A DNA stretch of 64,000 nt from Candidatus Poribacteria bacterium (GCA_965214095.1 OZ243938.1:3488001-3552000), one strand, 5' to 3'. Counted from the stretch's first letter, positions 1-9,338 are shown. A program made the numbers and translations. Notes: generated by a model not told the origin, from the letters alone.

Positions 1-495
1 CCGGTCAAGTGCATCCGGGTGTTCAGAAACGACTTCACTATTCTGCACCGGAAATGGATGCAGCTGCCTCTGATGCAACAGATCAGATGAAATCTTTGTC
101 ACCGACTGCGCGTGCCGATATGCAGACAGCACTGCGTGATGACCCTGCACTTGGAGATCACGTGCTGAAGACGATTGAGCTTGAAGCCGCTGCAGTTGGT
201 GCCTCTAACCGGCGTCTGATGCAATTGCACGTCATGGGCAAACACATCATTGGACGTTTGAAACATTCATCTGAAATGTTAATTAATGAATACGTAACAA
301 AATATGAAAAACTTACCGCTATACCGGGTTCCGCTGCTGAAACACAGCGATTTATGGCAACACGTATGGGTGAAGCAGCTTTTAAAGCACGAGTCCGAGA
401 AGCAGAAAATGCTGCACGGTATTGGCAAAAACAGGACCTTGAAGACGTTCCTATTGGTTATCAACTGGTGGCACAAGAAAGCACAAACAGTGAAA
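1..495 (+). repeat. Direct repeat copy 1 (copy 2 at 1726-2220)
   Basis: Manual alignment at offset 1725 gives about 15 mismatches in the first 420 nt, mostly at third codon positions. Confidence 0.95.
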
Positions 496-782
496 ATGAA
501 TCAGCCAATCGTGATCAGAGACAAACTCAACCACAGCAGGCACTGACTAAAGAAGAGATCATAGCGAAAGCTCAAAGTGATCTAAGTGGAGACTGGTTCA
601 GAACAGGCTTATTCACACTTGGATTCGGGGTCATAACCACTGCAGTCGGTTCGATTATGATATCATCAGGTAATAACGTAAACGACAGCGGGGTTGTATT
701 TGGATTGGTCCTGGGAGCGACCGTCGGACCCGCAGCTATCTTTGCTGGTCTCATTACCCTCATTATAGGTATTGGAAAATAG
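1..782 (+). CDS. Partial (5' end off-window) paralog of the 1431-2534 lipoprotein, with a Gly-rich two-helix hydrophobic C-terminus
   Basis: The frame is open from the window edge (G-Q-V-H-P...). Nt 1-495 align to 1726-2220. The C-terminus is divergent (GLFTLGFGVITTAVG...GLVLGATVGPAAIFAG). Confidence 0.85.
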   Translation, partial: GQVHPGVQKRLHYSAPEMDAAASDATDQMKSLSPTARADMQTALRDDPALGDHVLKTIELEAAAVGASNRRLMQLHVMGKHIIGRLKHSSEMLINEYVTKYEKLTAIPGSAAETQRFMATRMGEAAFKARVREAENAARYWQKQDLEDVPIGYQLVAQESTNSENESANRDQRQTQPQQALTKEEIIAKAQSDLSGDWFRTGLFTLGFGVITTAVGSIMISSGNNVNDSGVVFGLVLGATVGPAAIFAGLITLIIGIGK

Positions 783-897
783 ATACCATGTATGGGATGA
801 TTCTAAGACAGCACGTAGTCCACATACATGGGTCTACGCTAAACTTTGATATGAGTTTTATAAGACACGTATCACTCACCGTGAAAAGGAGAATAAA

Positions 898-1275
898 ATG
901 AATATAGGTCGTATCTTTCACATTTTAGTATTTGTTATGGCGGTGTTAGTCTTTAGTATGTCTATTGCTGCCTTTGCACAACAAAATTCAGAACTATTCG
1001 AAGCCGTAAGTGCCGCCGAACAAGATGCCAAAGCGGAGGTCAATCAAATTAACTGGTGGTTATCGGGTTGTTGTCTGTACGGTATCAGTCAGGCTGGTAG
1101 GGAATCTCACCCGCCTCCAGGAAGACTTGTTGGGAAGTCTCCAGAATATGTTAATGTCTATACACTAACTTACAAAGCAAAAGTCGAGAATCTTAGACTA
1201 AGTGCTGCTGTTCCGGGTTTTCTTACTATTGTTCTATCCCCCATTTGCTTTGTTCTGACCATCTCGCTACTATAA
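898..1275 (+). CDS. Small exported/membrane hypothetical protein
   Basis: AGGAG RBS, signal peptide ending AFA-QQ, motif 'AEQDA...W..GC...PPP.RL.GKSPEYV..Y...YK', hydrophobic C-terminus. Confidence 0.8.
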   Translation: MNIGRIFHILVFVMAVLVFSMSIAAFAQQNSELFEAVSAAEQDAKAEVNQINWWLSGCCLYGISQAGRESHPPPGRLVGKSPEYVNVYTLTYKAKVENLRLSAAVPGFLTIVLSPICFVLTISLL

Positions 1276-1300
1276 CATTCTGGGATGCTATAGAACAAGG
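1269..1300 (+). pseudogene. Remnant of the ketosynthase gene 5' end
   Basis: ACTATAACATTCTGGGATGCTATAGAACAAGG matches 2582-2613 of the KS gene at 28/32 nt (TFWDAIEQG vs TLWHAIEQG). Confidence 0.7.
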
Positions 1301-1430
1301 TAACTAATAGAGAATATGCAGCGGCACAGATGGGTAAAGCCTCCGCAAAGTTGGTGCCTGATTTCTGGACAGGATTAGAAACTGGTAAGCAATTGCTACA
1401 TAATTTCGCTAAACAAAGGGAGAAAATATA

Positions 1431-2534
1431 ATGAAGAGAAGAGATTTTTTAATTGGCAGTATGGGGGCATTAGCTACAGGTGTTACTGGCTGTGCGGGTA
1501 TCGGTCAGGTTATTGCTCCAGATTGGCAAAATATCACACCTTTGCAGATGGATCGTTTTTTGACAAGTCTCGATGGTGCGATGAATCAAATCACAGAGAA
1601 CCCAGAAGGAGGACGTTTTATTAGTGAACTACATCAAAAACCGTTCAATGAAAAAGGCGCACGTTTGCTCCGTCAAGGGATGCGCACTCTCTTGCTCGCT
1701 GGCAATTTCGGTGATCTATCGGTAACCGGGCAAGTGCATCCGGGTGTTCAGAAACGACTTCACTATTCTGCACCGGAAATGGATGCAGCAGCCTCGGACG
1801 CAACAGATCAGATGAAATCTTTGTCACCGACTGCGCGTACCGATATGCAGACAGCACTGCGTGATGACCCTGCACTTGGAGATCGCGTGCTGAAGACGAT
1901 TGAGCTTGAAGCCGCTGCAGTTGGTGCCTCTAACCGGCGTCTGATGCAATTGCACGTCATGGGAAAACATATCATTGGGCGATTGAAACATTCATCTGAA
2001 ATGTTTATTAATGAATACGTAACGAAATATGAAAAACTTACTGCTGTATCGGGTTCCGCTGCTGAAACACAGCGATTTATGGCAACACGTATGGGTGAAG
2101 CAGCTTTTAAAGCACGAGTCCGAGAAGCAGAAAATGCTGCACGGTATTGGCACAGCCAGGAACTTGAAGACATTCCTATTGGCTATCGACTCGTCGCACA
2201 AGAAGGCACAAACAGCGAAAGTCCGTCAGATAACTCTGAACAGGAACAACGACATCAACCGCTGCAACTACCGCAAGATATAGGCAAAACAGGCAAAGAG
2301 GTAAAAAGTGGTGAGAAGAGAAGTGAAAGACTGCGCCGAAGAGGTGCTTATTTACTTGGAATCGGTGCTGTAACCACCGCGGCTGGCTGGCTATATATCG
2401 GTGTTAGTGGAGATTCAGTAGAGGCTGTCACAATCGGATTGATCCTGGGAGTGACTGCCGGACCCATTCTCCTCTTAACAGGTCTCTTTACCCTCCTTGT
2501 TGGAGGAATCATAAGAGCAAATGAAGGCCCATGA
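1431..2534 (+). CDS. Tat-exported lipoprotein of unknown function with a hydrophobic Gly-rich C-terminal hairpin
   Basis: N-terminal KRRDFL twin-arginine motif and lipobox VTG-C. Two C-terminal TM-like helices. Stop overlaps the KS start (ATGA). Confidence 0.85.
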   Translation: MKRRDFLIGSMGALATGVTGCAGIGQVIAPDWQNITPLQMDRFLTSLDGAMNQITENPEGGRFISELHQKPFNEKGARLLRQGMRTLLLAGNFGDLSVTGQVHPGVQKRLHYSAPEMDAAASDATDQMKSLSPTARTDMQTALRDDPALGDRVLKTIELEAAAVGASNRRLMQLHVMGKHIIGRLKHSSEMFINEYVTKYEKLTAVSGSAAETQRFMATRMGEAAFKARVREAENAARYWHSQELEDIPIGYRLVAQEGTNSESPSDNSEQEQRHQPLQLPQDIGKTGKEVKSGEKRSERLRRRGAYLLGIGAVTTAAGWLYIGVSGDSVEAVTIGLILGVTAGPILLLTGLFTLLVGGIIRANEGP

Positions 2535-4459
2535 AAGTCTTAGCCACTGGTCTCGGGGCATGTTGTGCCTTGGGCGAAAACACTAAAACACTTTGGCATG
2601 CTATAGAACAAGGGAAAAGCGGTATTGCACCCATCAATCGCTTTAATACTGATTCATTTCATACGCAACTTGGAGGGATGGTGCCTTCTGGCAATTGCTA
2701 CGATACCGAAGACCAACGTCTGTTGGCTTACGGGCGCGCTGCAGCTGCTGAGGCTCTCCAACATGCCAAAATTGTCAATCGTGATCGAGTTGCCCTGGTA
2801 CTTGGGACCTGTAACGGGTTACAAGAGAGTGAAATAGAGACTGTGAGCGTTGATCTCAAAAATGCCTTGGGTCTCGGTGGACCGGTGCTCACCTTTTCAA
2901 CGGCGTGTGCATCCTCAACACACGCAATAGGATTCGCTGCGGATCTCGTGCGACGTGGCGTTGCTGAATTCGTTCTCGCGGGTGGTGTTGATACACTCAG
3001 CATAGAGGTCTTTGCTGGTTTTCACTGTCTCGGATTGCTATCTAAAAACCCTTGTGCACCCTTCAGCACAAATACAGGAACTACCCTCGGTGAAGGGGCT
3101 GCGTTTATGATACTTGAATCTGAACGTTCCGCGAAGGCACGGAAGATCGCGCCTTTGGCAACGTTCATGGGCTACGGATTGTCTGCTGATGCCTACCATG
3201 ATACAACCCCTATCCCTTCTGGTGCCGGCATGGCACAGGCACTTTCTGCTGCCGTAACGGATGCTGGACTTACCCCTAATTCTATTGACTATCTTAACGC
3301 TCATGGCACAGGCACGGTCGCGAACGATACAGCTGAATGGCGCGCAATTCAACTTGCATTCGGTGATGTCGCAGACCAACTACCTGTCAGTTCAAGCAAA
3401 AGTTTCCTCGGTCATGCTCAAGGGGCTGCTGGCGCACTTGAGGCAGTGGTGACTTTGATGGCGATGCAACACAAAGTTGTACCACCCACTATCAATTTCA
3501 CAAAACCTCGCCCTAATGTCCCCACGGATCCAGTTACCGAACAAAAACCCAGGCCTCATCCAATACAGCATGCAGTCTGTACAAACGCAGCGTTTGGCGG
3601 ATTTAACGCTGCATTGATCTTCGGCCAAACAGAGAATCCACAGCAGATCCGGAGAGAAGAACCCCGGCTCATTCGTCTTATTGGCACAGGCAAGGTGGAA
3701 GATTGCCATAAAATAAAACAATTCGCACCGAGTTCTGAGCTACGAACCATAGATAAGTCTGCACGTCTTCTCGCCAGTGCGGTTGCTGTCGCTCTGACAA
3801 ACGCTGGGATCCAACTACGCACACCTGACTGCAAAAGCATTGGTCTTTTCGTCGGCCAAACCAGAATCTCTCAAGAGAGCGTTGAAGCATTTTCAGAAAG
3901 TGTAGCGGCACGCGGCTTGGCATCCTTCTCAGCAACCGCATTCACACGAATGGCTTGCAGCTACGCCACAGGTGTTAGTTGCAGACTTTTCGGACTAAAA
4001 GGACCAACTGCAACACTGTCAACAGGACCAAGCAGTGGACTTACGGCTCTCGTGACCGGTGCAGACCACCTTGCTTGGCGTGATGATGTTAATTCTCTAC
4101 TGACCGCAGCAGTAGATGAACCAAATAAGTTAGATGATTATGATTACGGAGCCGCCAGCGTTCTTCTCACAGTTGGAGAGGAACCGGCTTCTATTAACCT
4201 TATTGGATGGGCACTCGCAACGGATTGCGAAGAAGCTATCGTACAAGCACTGGCTAAGGCATCCCTTAATCGCAAGGACGTTGTGCCGATGGTCGTTCCG
4301 GGACCACCTACCGTCGCAGACCTTTGGGCAGTCATCGATGCTATTGATGCCTTAAAATCGGGCGAACCAGGCCCCTTCCTTATCAGCAGCAAAGATGACG
4401 GAACCGCAGGAGCAGCTGTTATCCTGCAAAATGGGAGTAAAGAATGCAATCAAATTTGA
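2531..4459 (+). CDS. Beta-ketoacyl-ACP synthase (FabF-like) fused to a degenerate second KS/chain-length-factor-like domain
   Basis: Cys-His-His triad (STACASS, NAHGTGT, LGHAQGAAG). The C-terminal half has KS N-terminal motifs (GLKGPTATLSTGPSSG) without the catalytic Cys. Confidence 0.88.
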   Translation: MKVLATGLGACCALGENTKTLWHAIEQGKSGIAPINRFNTDSFHTQLGGMVPSGNCYDTEDQRLLAYGRAAAAEALQHAKIVNRDRVALVLGTCNGLQESEIETVSVDLKNALGLGGPVLTFSTACASSTHAIGFAADLVRRGVAEFVLAGGVDTLSIEVFAGFHCLGLLSKNPCAPFSTNTGTTLGEGAAFMILESERSAKARKIAPLATFMGYGLSADAYHDTTPIPSGAGMAQALSAAVTDAGLTPNSIDYLNAHGTGTVANDTAEWRAIQLAFGDVADQLPVSSSKSFLGHAQGAAGALEAVVTLMAMQHKVVPPTINFTKPRPNVPTDPVTEQKPRPHPIQHAVCTNAAFGGFNAALIFGQTENPQQIRREEPRLIRLIGTGKVEDCHKIKQFAPSSELRTIDKSARLLASAVAVALTNAGIQLRTPDCKSIGLFVGQTRISQESVEAFSESVAARGLASFSATAFTRMACSYATGVSCRLFGLKGPTATLSTGPSSGLTALVTGADHLAWRDDVNSLLTAAVDEPNKLDDYDYGAASVLLTVGEEPASINLIGWALATDCEEAIVQALAKASLNRKDVVPMVVPGPPTVADLWAVIDAIDALKSGEPGPFLISSKDDGTAGAAVILQNGSKECNQI

Positions 4460-4734
4460 AAGAAAAAATTCAACAACGTGAAAACACCTTCAATCGGGTG
4501 ATTGAAATGTTAATCTCCTCTCTGCAACTTGAGTATACTCCTGACGAACTGGATGCGGATACACCCCTTTTCGGAACAGGGCTCGGACTTGACTCTGTAG
4601 ATGCAGTCGAGGTCATTATAACATTGGAGGCAGAATTCGGAATTTCACTGGATGAAGGTGATAGCATATTCGTTTTACGAACAATTAATTCACTCGTGGA
4701 TGTGGTAATGAGTCGAAAGGAGAATATACAATGA
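4444..4734 (+). CDS. Acyl carrier protein
   Basis: GLGLDSVD phosphopantetheine site and LEAEFGI; acidic, 96 aa. Confidence 0.92.
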   Translation: MQSNLKEKIQQRENTFNRVIEMLISSLQLEYTPDELDADTPLFGTGLGLDSVDAVEVIITLEAEFGISLDEGDSIFVLRTINSLVDVVMSRKENIQ

Positions 4735-5759
4735 CAGAAACTGAAGTCGGCTATCATGCCATTCGTAACTCGGTGGCATTTGCTGAAGAACCTGAACTGC
4801 GTTGCCTGCAGTTGACTGGCAGCCAAGCCTTTGAGGCACTTGATTACGTGTGCCCATGTGATATCTTTCTTCAAGATGGGCAGATGCGACATACACTGTT
4901 GCTAAATGAAAATGGAACCCCTTTTGCCGATGTCTATGTTTGCCGTGAAGCTGAAAATGCTTATCTGGTTGGATATGGATCCAATGTTGATGAGATTATA
5001 GACTGGATTACCGATCACGCAACCGGTATTACTGATTTTTTTATCACCGATCTCGGCGAGTCACATGCTAACTTAGCATTTGATGGTCCTTATGCATGGG
5101 AACTATGTGCCGAAGTATTTGGCACCAATGTCCTCGGCTTACCCTATTTGGGGATGTTGCTCTTGGATGATATATTTATCTTTAGGGCAGGAAGAACAGG
5201 TGAATATGGGTATCACCTATTAGTGCCGATTGATCAGAAAAACACTTGGATCGAAAAAGTGTTAACTACTGGTGCAGCATTTGAGATGGCACGCGCAGAT
5301 GAAGCAGCCCGAGCCCAATGTGTATTGGAAAATTTCTTCTTTGATATCAATAGAGAAGGTCAGTATAATCTTACACCTTTGGAATTGCAGCTGCAATGGC
5401 GATTGTCCAAGCAGAAAGACACATACCCCGGTGCTCAAGCGATACAGGCACTTCGACAGACTGGATTGACGCATAGACTCACCTGTTTCACAACACCGGA
5501 CGCTGTTAACACTAACTCAGAGATTACCTATGATGGTGAAATTGTAGGACAGGTATTAGCATCAGGATATTCTCCGATGCACAAGATTTATGTCGGGAAG
5601 GCATTACTTCGCAAACCATATTGGCATGCTGGATTAGATGGTTTTCGCGCTGAAGACTCTCACATAAAGACTATCTCGGCTCCAGCAGTCAACAATCTTA
5701 GTTTAAATGTCAGTCCTTACCATCACAGTTTTCACACACGAAAAGAGGAGTTGACCTGA
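4731..5759 (+). CDS. GcvT-like aminomethyltransferase/folate-binding family protein
   Basis: YHAIRNSVA, TLLLNENG..FAD, DGPYAWEL, RAGRTGEYGY, VGQV..SGYSP...GKALL. AAGGAG RBS; overlaps the ACP stop. Confidence 0.85.
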   Translation: MTETEVGYHAIRNSVAFAEEPELRCLQLTGSQAFEALDYVCPCDIFLQDGQMRHTLLLNENGTPFADVYVCREAENAYLVGYGSNVDEIIDWITDHATGITDFFITDLGESHANLAFDGPYAWELCAEVFGTNVLGLPYLGMLLLDDIFIFRAGRTGEYGYHLLVPIDQKNTWIEKVLTTGAAFEMARADEAARAQCVLENFFFDINREGQYNLTPLELQLQWRLSKQKDTYPGAQAIQALRQTGLTHRLTCFTTPDAVNTNSEITYDGEIVGQVLASGYSPMHKIYVGKALLRKPYWHAGLDGFRAEDSHIKTISAPAVNNLSLNVSPYHHSFHTRKEELT

Positions 5760-5843
5760 TGCGTTGGGAGACATGGCACAACGAATGGAGAGATGGCTTG
5801 CTAAAACTGCCATACAAAAAGAATGGCGTAAGGTTCACCTCCT

Positions 5844-6398
5844 ATGAAAGATGGTAAAAAGTTCCTTATCGGTGCTGATGTCATAGAACATCTAATACCT
5901 GAGCGACATCCAATGATTATGGTCGATCGGGTAATTGATTATCAAAGTTCGCCGCGACCACAACTATCTGCTGAACGGTATGTGTCGGCTAATGAACCAG
6001 TATTTGTCGGACATTTTCCTAATTTGAAATTGTGGCCCGGTGTTCACACTATTGAAGGACTCCGGCAATGCTGTGTCCTCCTTGATGTTATTCGCCAGTT
6101 GGAAAAAGTAGAGATGCTTGAAGGACTCCTTGAGCTTCAAAGGTACCACATGCTACAACCTCAAGTGGACAAAACCCTGTGTCAACGGGTGCTTGATGCC
6201 TTACAAAAGATATGTCAACTTGAGCAATCTCCGCTTAGATTACGCGTAAAACTACTCGCTCCTGTTTTCGCGGGATGTATTATTACGTATCAAGTCTATC
6301 AGAATAACTCGGATACCTACTGTTGGTCGGTGCAAGCTGAAGTCAATGGACAAAGTGTCGCGAAAGGAGAGATTATATGTCCATCTTCCGTTGGATAA
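5844..6398 (+). CDS. FabZ/FabA-like 3-hydroxyacyl-ACP dehydratase (hotdog fold) with a helical insertion
   Basis: PERHPMIMVDR and NEPVFVGHFP...PGVHTIEG retain the catalytic His and Glu positions. Confidence 0.85.
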   Translation: MKDGKKFLIGADVIEHLIPERHPMIMVDRVIDYQSSPRPQLSAERYVSANEPVFVGHFPNLKLWPGVHTIEGLRQCCVLLDVIRQLEKVEMLEGLLELQRYHMLQPQVDKTLCQRVLDALQKICQLEQSPLRLRVKLLAPVFAGCIITYQVYQNNSDTYCWSVQAEVNGQSVAKGEIICPSSVG

Positions 6399-7720
6399 CT
6401 TTGATACTGGTACTGGTTATTTGCGGCTGTAGTAAGGAATATCTCGTTTGGTACGGTCACAGTCCAGACCGTACCAAACGAGTAGAAGTTATTGAGAAAG
6501 ATAAACGTCAACAGATCAAAATGGGCGAAACTCTTTCGCAACCTTATCTCGGTGTAGCACTCAAAACCATCGTCTTTAGTGAAGATTCCCGACACTTTGC
6601 TTATGCTGCTATGATCGATGAAGGTTGGATTGTCATAACTGATGGTGAGCGTAGTCGTCTCTGGACAGGCATCGGGGAAGTTCTATTCGGACCGAAGCAG
6701 CAACTTGTATATGTCGCTTCCGATTTAGGTGGTTGGCACGTTGTAGTAGACGGTGTCCCAAGCGTTTCTTTTGAAGCGGTGATGCAGGGTTCGCTTACTT
6801 TCTCACCGGACGGATACCATCTCGCTTATGTAGTTGCCGTGGGAAACCAGTTCCGAGTCGTTATAGATGGAAAATTAGGGTTCCTTTATGAAAACGTAGC
6901 AGCACTTCGGTTCAGTCCGGATAGTGAACAAATCGCATACATTGTAAGAAACGGTCTTCACCAATACATAGCACTGGATGACAAATTACTGGGACCATTT
7001 AACCAAATTGCAGATTTTACTATCGGGCGAAACGGTAGATTGGGAATATTGGTTCGTGATCATGATGGATGGCGAACTGTGATAGACGGACAAGAGGGAG
7101 AAGTGTTTGACAATTTAAGTAGTATCCAATTTTCAAGAAATGGACAGTACGCTTACGCTGCAGAACGTGATAACAGTTGGGTTGTTATCCAAAATAGCAC
7201 GCACAGCCCCGTATATGACAGTGTCAAACAACTTACTTTCGCAAAGGAAACGTTATTCTACGAAGCAAGTTTAGGAGACGACACTTGTATTGTAACAAAC
7301 AATATTCGCGGTCCATTGTTGAAATGGGTAGGTCGTTTGATTGTCAGCCCTGACGGTCTTCACACCGCTTACCTCGGACAACCCTGTGGAGGAAATATAT
7401 CTGTCTTTCACAATGCGAACGTGCATGCTGTTCCAAACGCTCTAAATGGCACACTCGTTTTGAGCGACGACTACCAACATTGGGCATGCTTAGTGCAAGA
7501 CGAAATTGATGGAACCATTGATATTATTATTGATGGACAATTGCGATATCCTTTTGACTTAGAAGAGATGATGGCACTAATAATGTTAATCCCAGATGCT
7601 TCAAGTGCCCAACACGAAAAAATACTACGCCGTTGGGTTAAAGCAGAACTCAAAGCTTATTATGTCAAAAAAGGATCTGCACAATCTCCTGAAACATCTA
7701 AAAAGTTTACACGAATGTAA
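6377..7720 (+). CDS. Beta-propeller (PD40/TolB-like repeat) lipoprotein
   Basis: Lipobox ICG-C and repeated FSxDxxHxAY / VVxDG motifs. Confidence 0.8.
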   Translation: MSIFRWITLILVLVICGCSKEYLVWYGHSPDRTKRVEVIEKDKRQQIKMGETLSQPYLGVALKTIVFSEDSRHFAYAAMIDEGWIVITDGERSRLWTGIGEVLFGPKQQLVYVASDLGGWHVVVDGVPSVSFEAVMQGSLTFSPDGYHLAYVVAVGNQFRVVIDGKLGFLYENVAALRFSPDSEQIAYIVRNGLHQYIALDDKLLGPFNQIADFTIGRNGRLGILVRDHDGWRTVIDGQEGEVFDNLSSIQFSRNGQYAYAAERDNSWVVIQNSTHSPVYDSVKQLTFAKETLFYEASLGDDTCIVTNNIRGPLLKWVGRLIVSPDGLHTAYLGQPCGGNISVFHNANVHAVPNALNGTLVLSDDYQHWACLVQDEIDGTIDIIIDGQLRYPFDLEEMMALIMLIPDASSAQHEKILRRWVKAELKAYYVKKGSAQSPETSKKFTRM

Positions 7721-7800
7721 TGGATTATTCCTAACATAGATAGGGTTTACGCAACTTTCAGAATTTTAGTGTAGACACTCCACTAGTAGCATTCTCTTGC

Positions 7801-8610
7801 TCATGTCAACCTGATAACATCCTTCTTAACTATCTCTTTTGTGTGATTGATGTCTGCATGAGCGATTAATTCTAACGTTTCTGGTGCTAACCGATCTCTC
7901 ACCTCTGTAGGTAGACGACTCTCACCACGGTCTTGCGGTCTAAACCGTAAAACAAGGAAGCAACGATATCGGTCTATCGGTTTCCAAGGGAGTGCGCCGT
8001 GGGTTAAGAGTTCCGAGATTATCACAATATCCCCTGCTTTTGGTGTGATATTTTCTACACCTGCGGGAAGGTCTTCAACATCATCAATAGTTCCATTGTT
8101 GAATATGTGTTCGGGACGATCATATTCAGCTTTGTGTGAACCGGGAACAACTAACAATCCACCATCACCGGGATGCACATCTGTTAGATATGGGAAAACG
8201 ACGAAATCATCACAATAGATTTTACCATTTCGGTTTTCAAAGCAGTTCTTGTCCCTTCCATAATCTTCACGCGCACAATGTAGCCGTAATGCTTCTCCAC
8301 CTTCCGGAACACCAACTCTGTCTGCTATCATTGTGCCACGAAACAGCTGCGGTTTATCGTCAGTCAGTTCCTTAATGATAGACCAACTTGCAGGGTGTAA
8401 TGCAAGTGCTTCCAATGCTCTTGAGAAAGCAACTCCGTTTGGCAAGTGTTTTCCACTGGAGTCAAATCCTGCAGGAAGTTCATCAGATGGAGTGTTGATG
8501 TAACTATCAGCTGCTTTCTGTGCTGCTTCTAATTCATCTCCTGTAATTGCATTCTTAAGATGTAGAAATCCAGTAACGTCAAAAAGATATCGTTGTTCAG
8601 GTGTCATCAT
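7801..8610 (-). CDS. Phytanoyl-CoA dioxygenase (PhyH) family Fe(II)/2OG oxygenase
   Basis: FDVTGFLHLKNA, DGGLLVVPGSHK, KAGD..I...L.HG motifs. Confidence 0.88.
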   Translation of the reverse strand: MMTPEQRYLFDVTGFLHLKNAITGDELEAAQKAADSYINTPSDELPAGFDSSGKHLPNGVAFSRALEALALHPASWSIIKELTDDKPQLFRGTMIADRVGVPEGGEALRLHCAREDYGRDKNCFENRNGKIYCDDFVVFPYLTDVHPGDGGLLVVPGSHKAEYDRPEHIFNNGTIDDVEDLPAGVENITPKAGDIVIISELLTHGALPWKPIDRYRCFLVLRFRPQDRGESRLPTEVRDRLAPETLELIAHADINHTKEIVKKDVIRLT

Positions 8611-8631
8611 TACATTATACTCGCTATAACG

Positions 8632-9321
8632 TCAAATCTCTAATATAATTGGAATATCAGTCAACGAACGTATTTCATAATCGGGTTCAATATTTGTATT
8701 GTTTTGCGTGCCTTCGCGGTTGAGCCAGACAGCAGGCACACGAACATTTTGCGCGCCTGCGACATCGTTCTCAAGCGAATCTCCTACATGCATCAACTGT
8801 GAGAATTCACAACCTGCGTGCTGAGCAGTAATCTCAAAAATTTTCGGATCCGGTTTCTCAACTTGCACATCTTGAGCAAAGATTACAAAATCAAAATAAT
8901 CCTCAAGTCCACACCGTTCAGGATATGTGTTTCCATTTGAGAGCAGTCCTAACTTAAAGTGTTGTGCCAGAACCTCAAATGTCGGTATAACATCAGGATA
9001 TAACTCTATGTCTTCAAACCTATGCTTGCGATAAATTGCATTCAGGTGTGCGGCTAACTTTTCGTTAGGATATCCTACATATTCCAGTGTCTGTTCAAAA
9101 GCACCTCGTCTTATTTCTAAGAGATTCCAGATTTTACCTTTTACTTCTTCTGCATATTGATCTCGGATCCATATCATCTCATCAATTGTCAGTTCTGATG
9201 CCCGTTGTGTCGGCACTTGTTCTTGTAGTTCATTTAAAGTCTGTTTGAGCGAATGACGCATGACCTTGTGAAAATCCCACAAGGTCATATCACCATCAAA
9301 TGAGATAACCGAAATATTCAA
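8632..9321 (-). CDS. HAD-superfamily hydrolase
   Basis: FDGDMTL, LLSNG, KPDP, HVGDSLENDVAGA motifs. Confidence 0.9.
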   Translation of the reverse strand: MNISVISFDGDMTLWDFHKVMRHSLKQTLNELQEQVPTQRASELTIDEMIWIRDQYAEEVKGKIWNLLEIRRGAFEQTLEYVGYPNEKLAAHLNAIYRKHRFEDIELYPDVIPTFEVLAQHFKLGLLSNGNTYPERCGLEDYFDFVIFAQDVQVEKPDPKIFEITAQHAGCEFSQLMHVGDSLENDVAGAQNVRVPAVWLNREGTQNNTNIEPDYEIRSLTDIPIILEI

Positions 9322-9338
9322 GGACTTTTCCTCTAAAA

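Noticed and set aside
1-2220. Diversity-generating retroelement TR/VR pair
   Set aside because: Mismatches between the copies are not adenine-specific and are mostly synonymous, and no reverse transcriptase is present in the window.
4731-5759. Canonical gcvT or ygfZ
   Set aside because: No gcvH/gcvP nearby, the TGEDGFE motif is altered and there is no KGCY.GQE motif.
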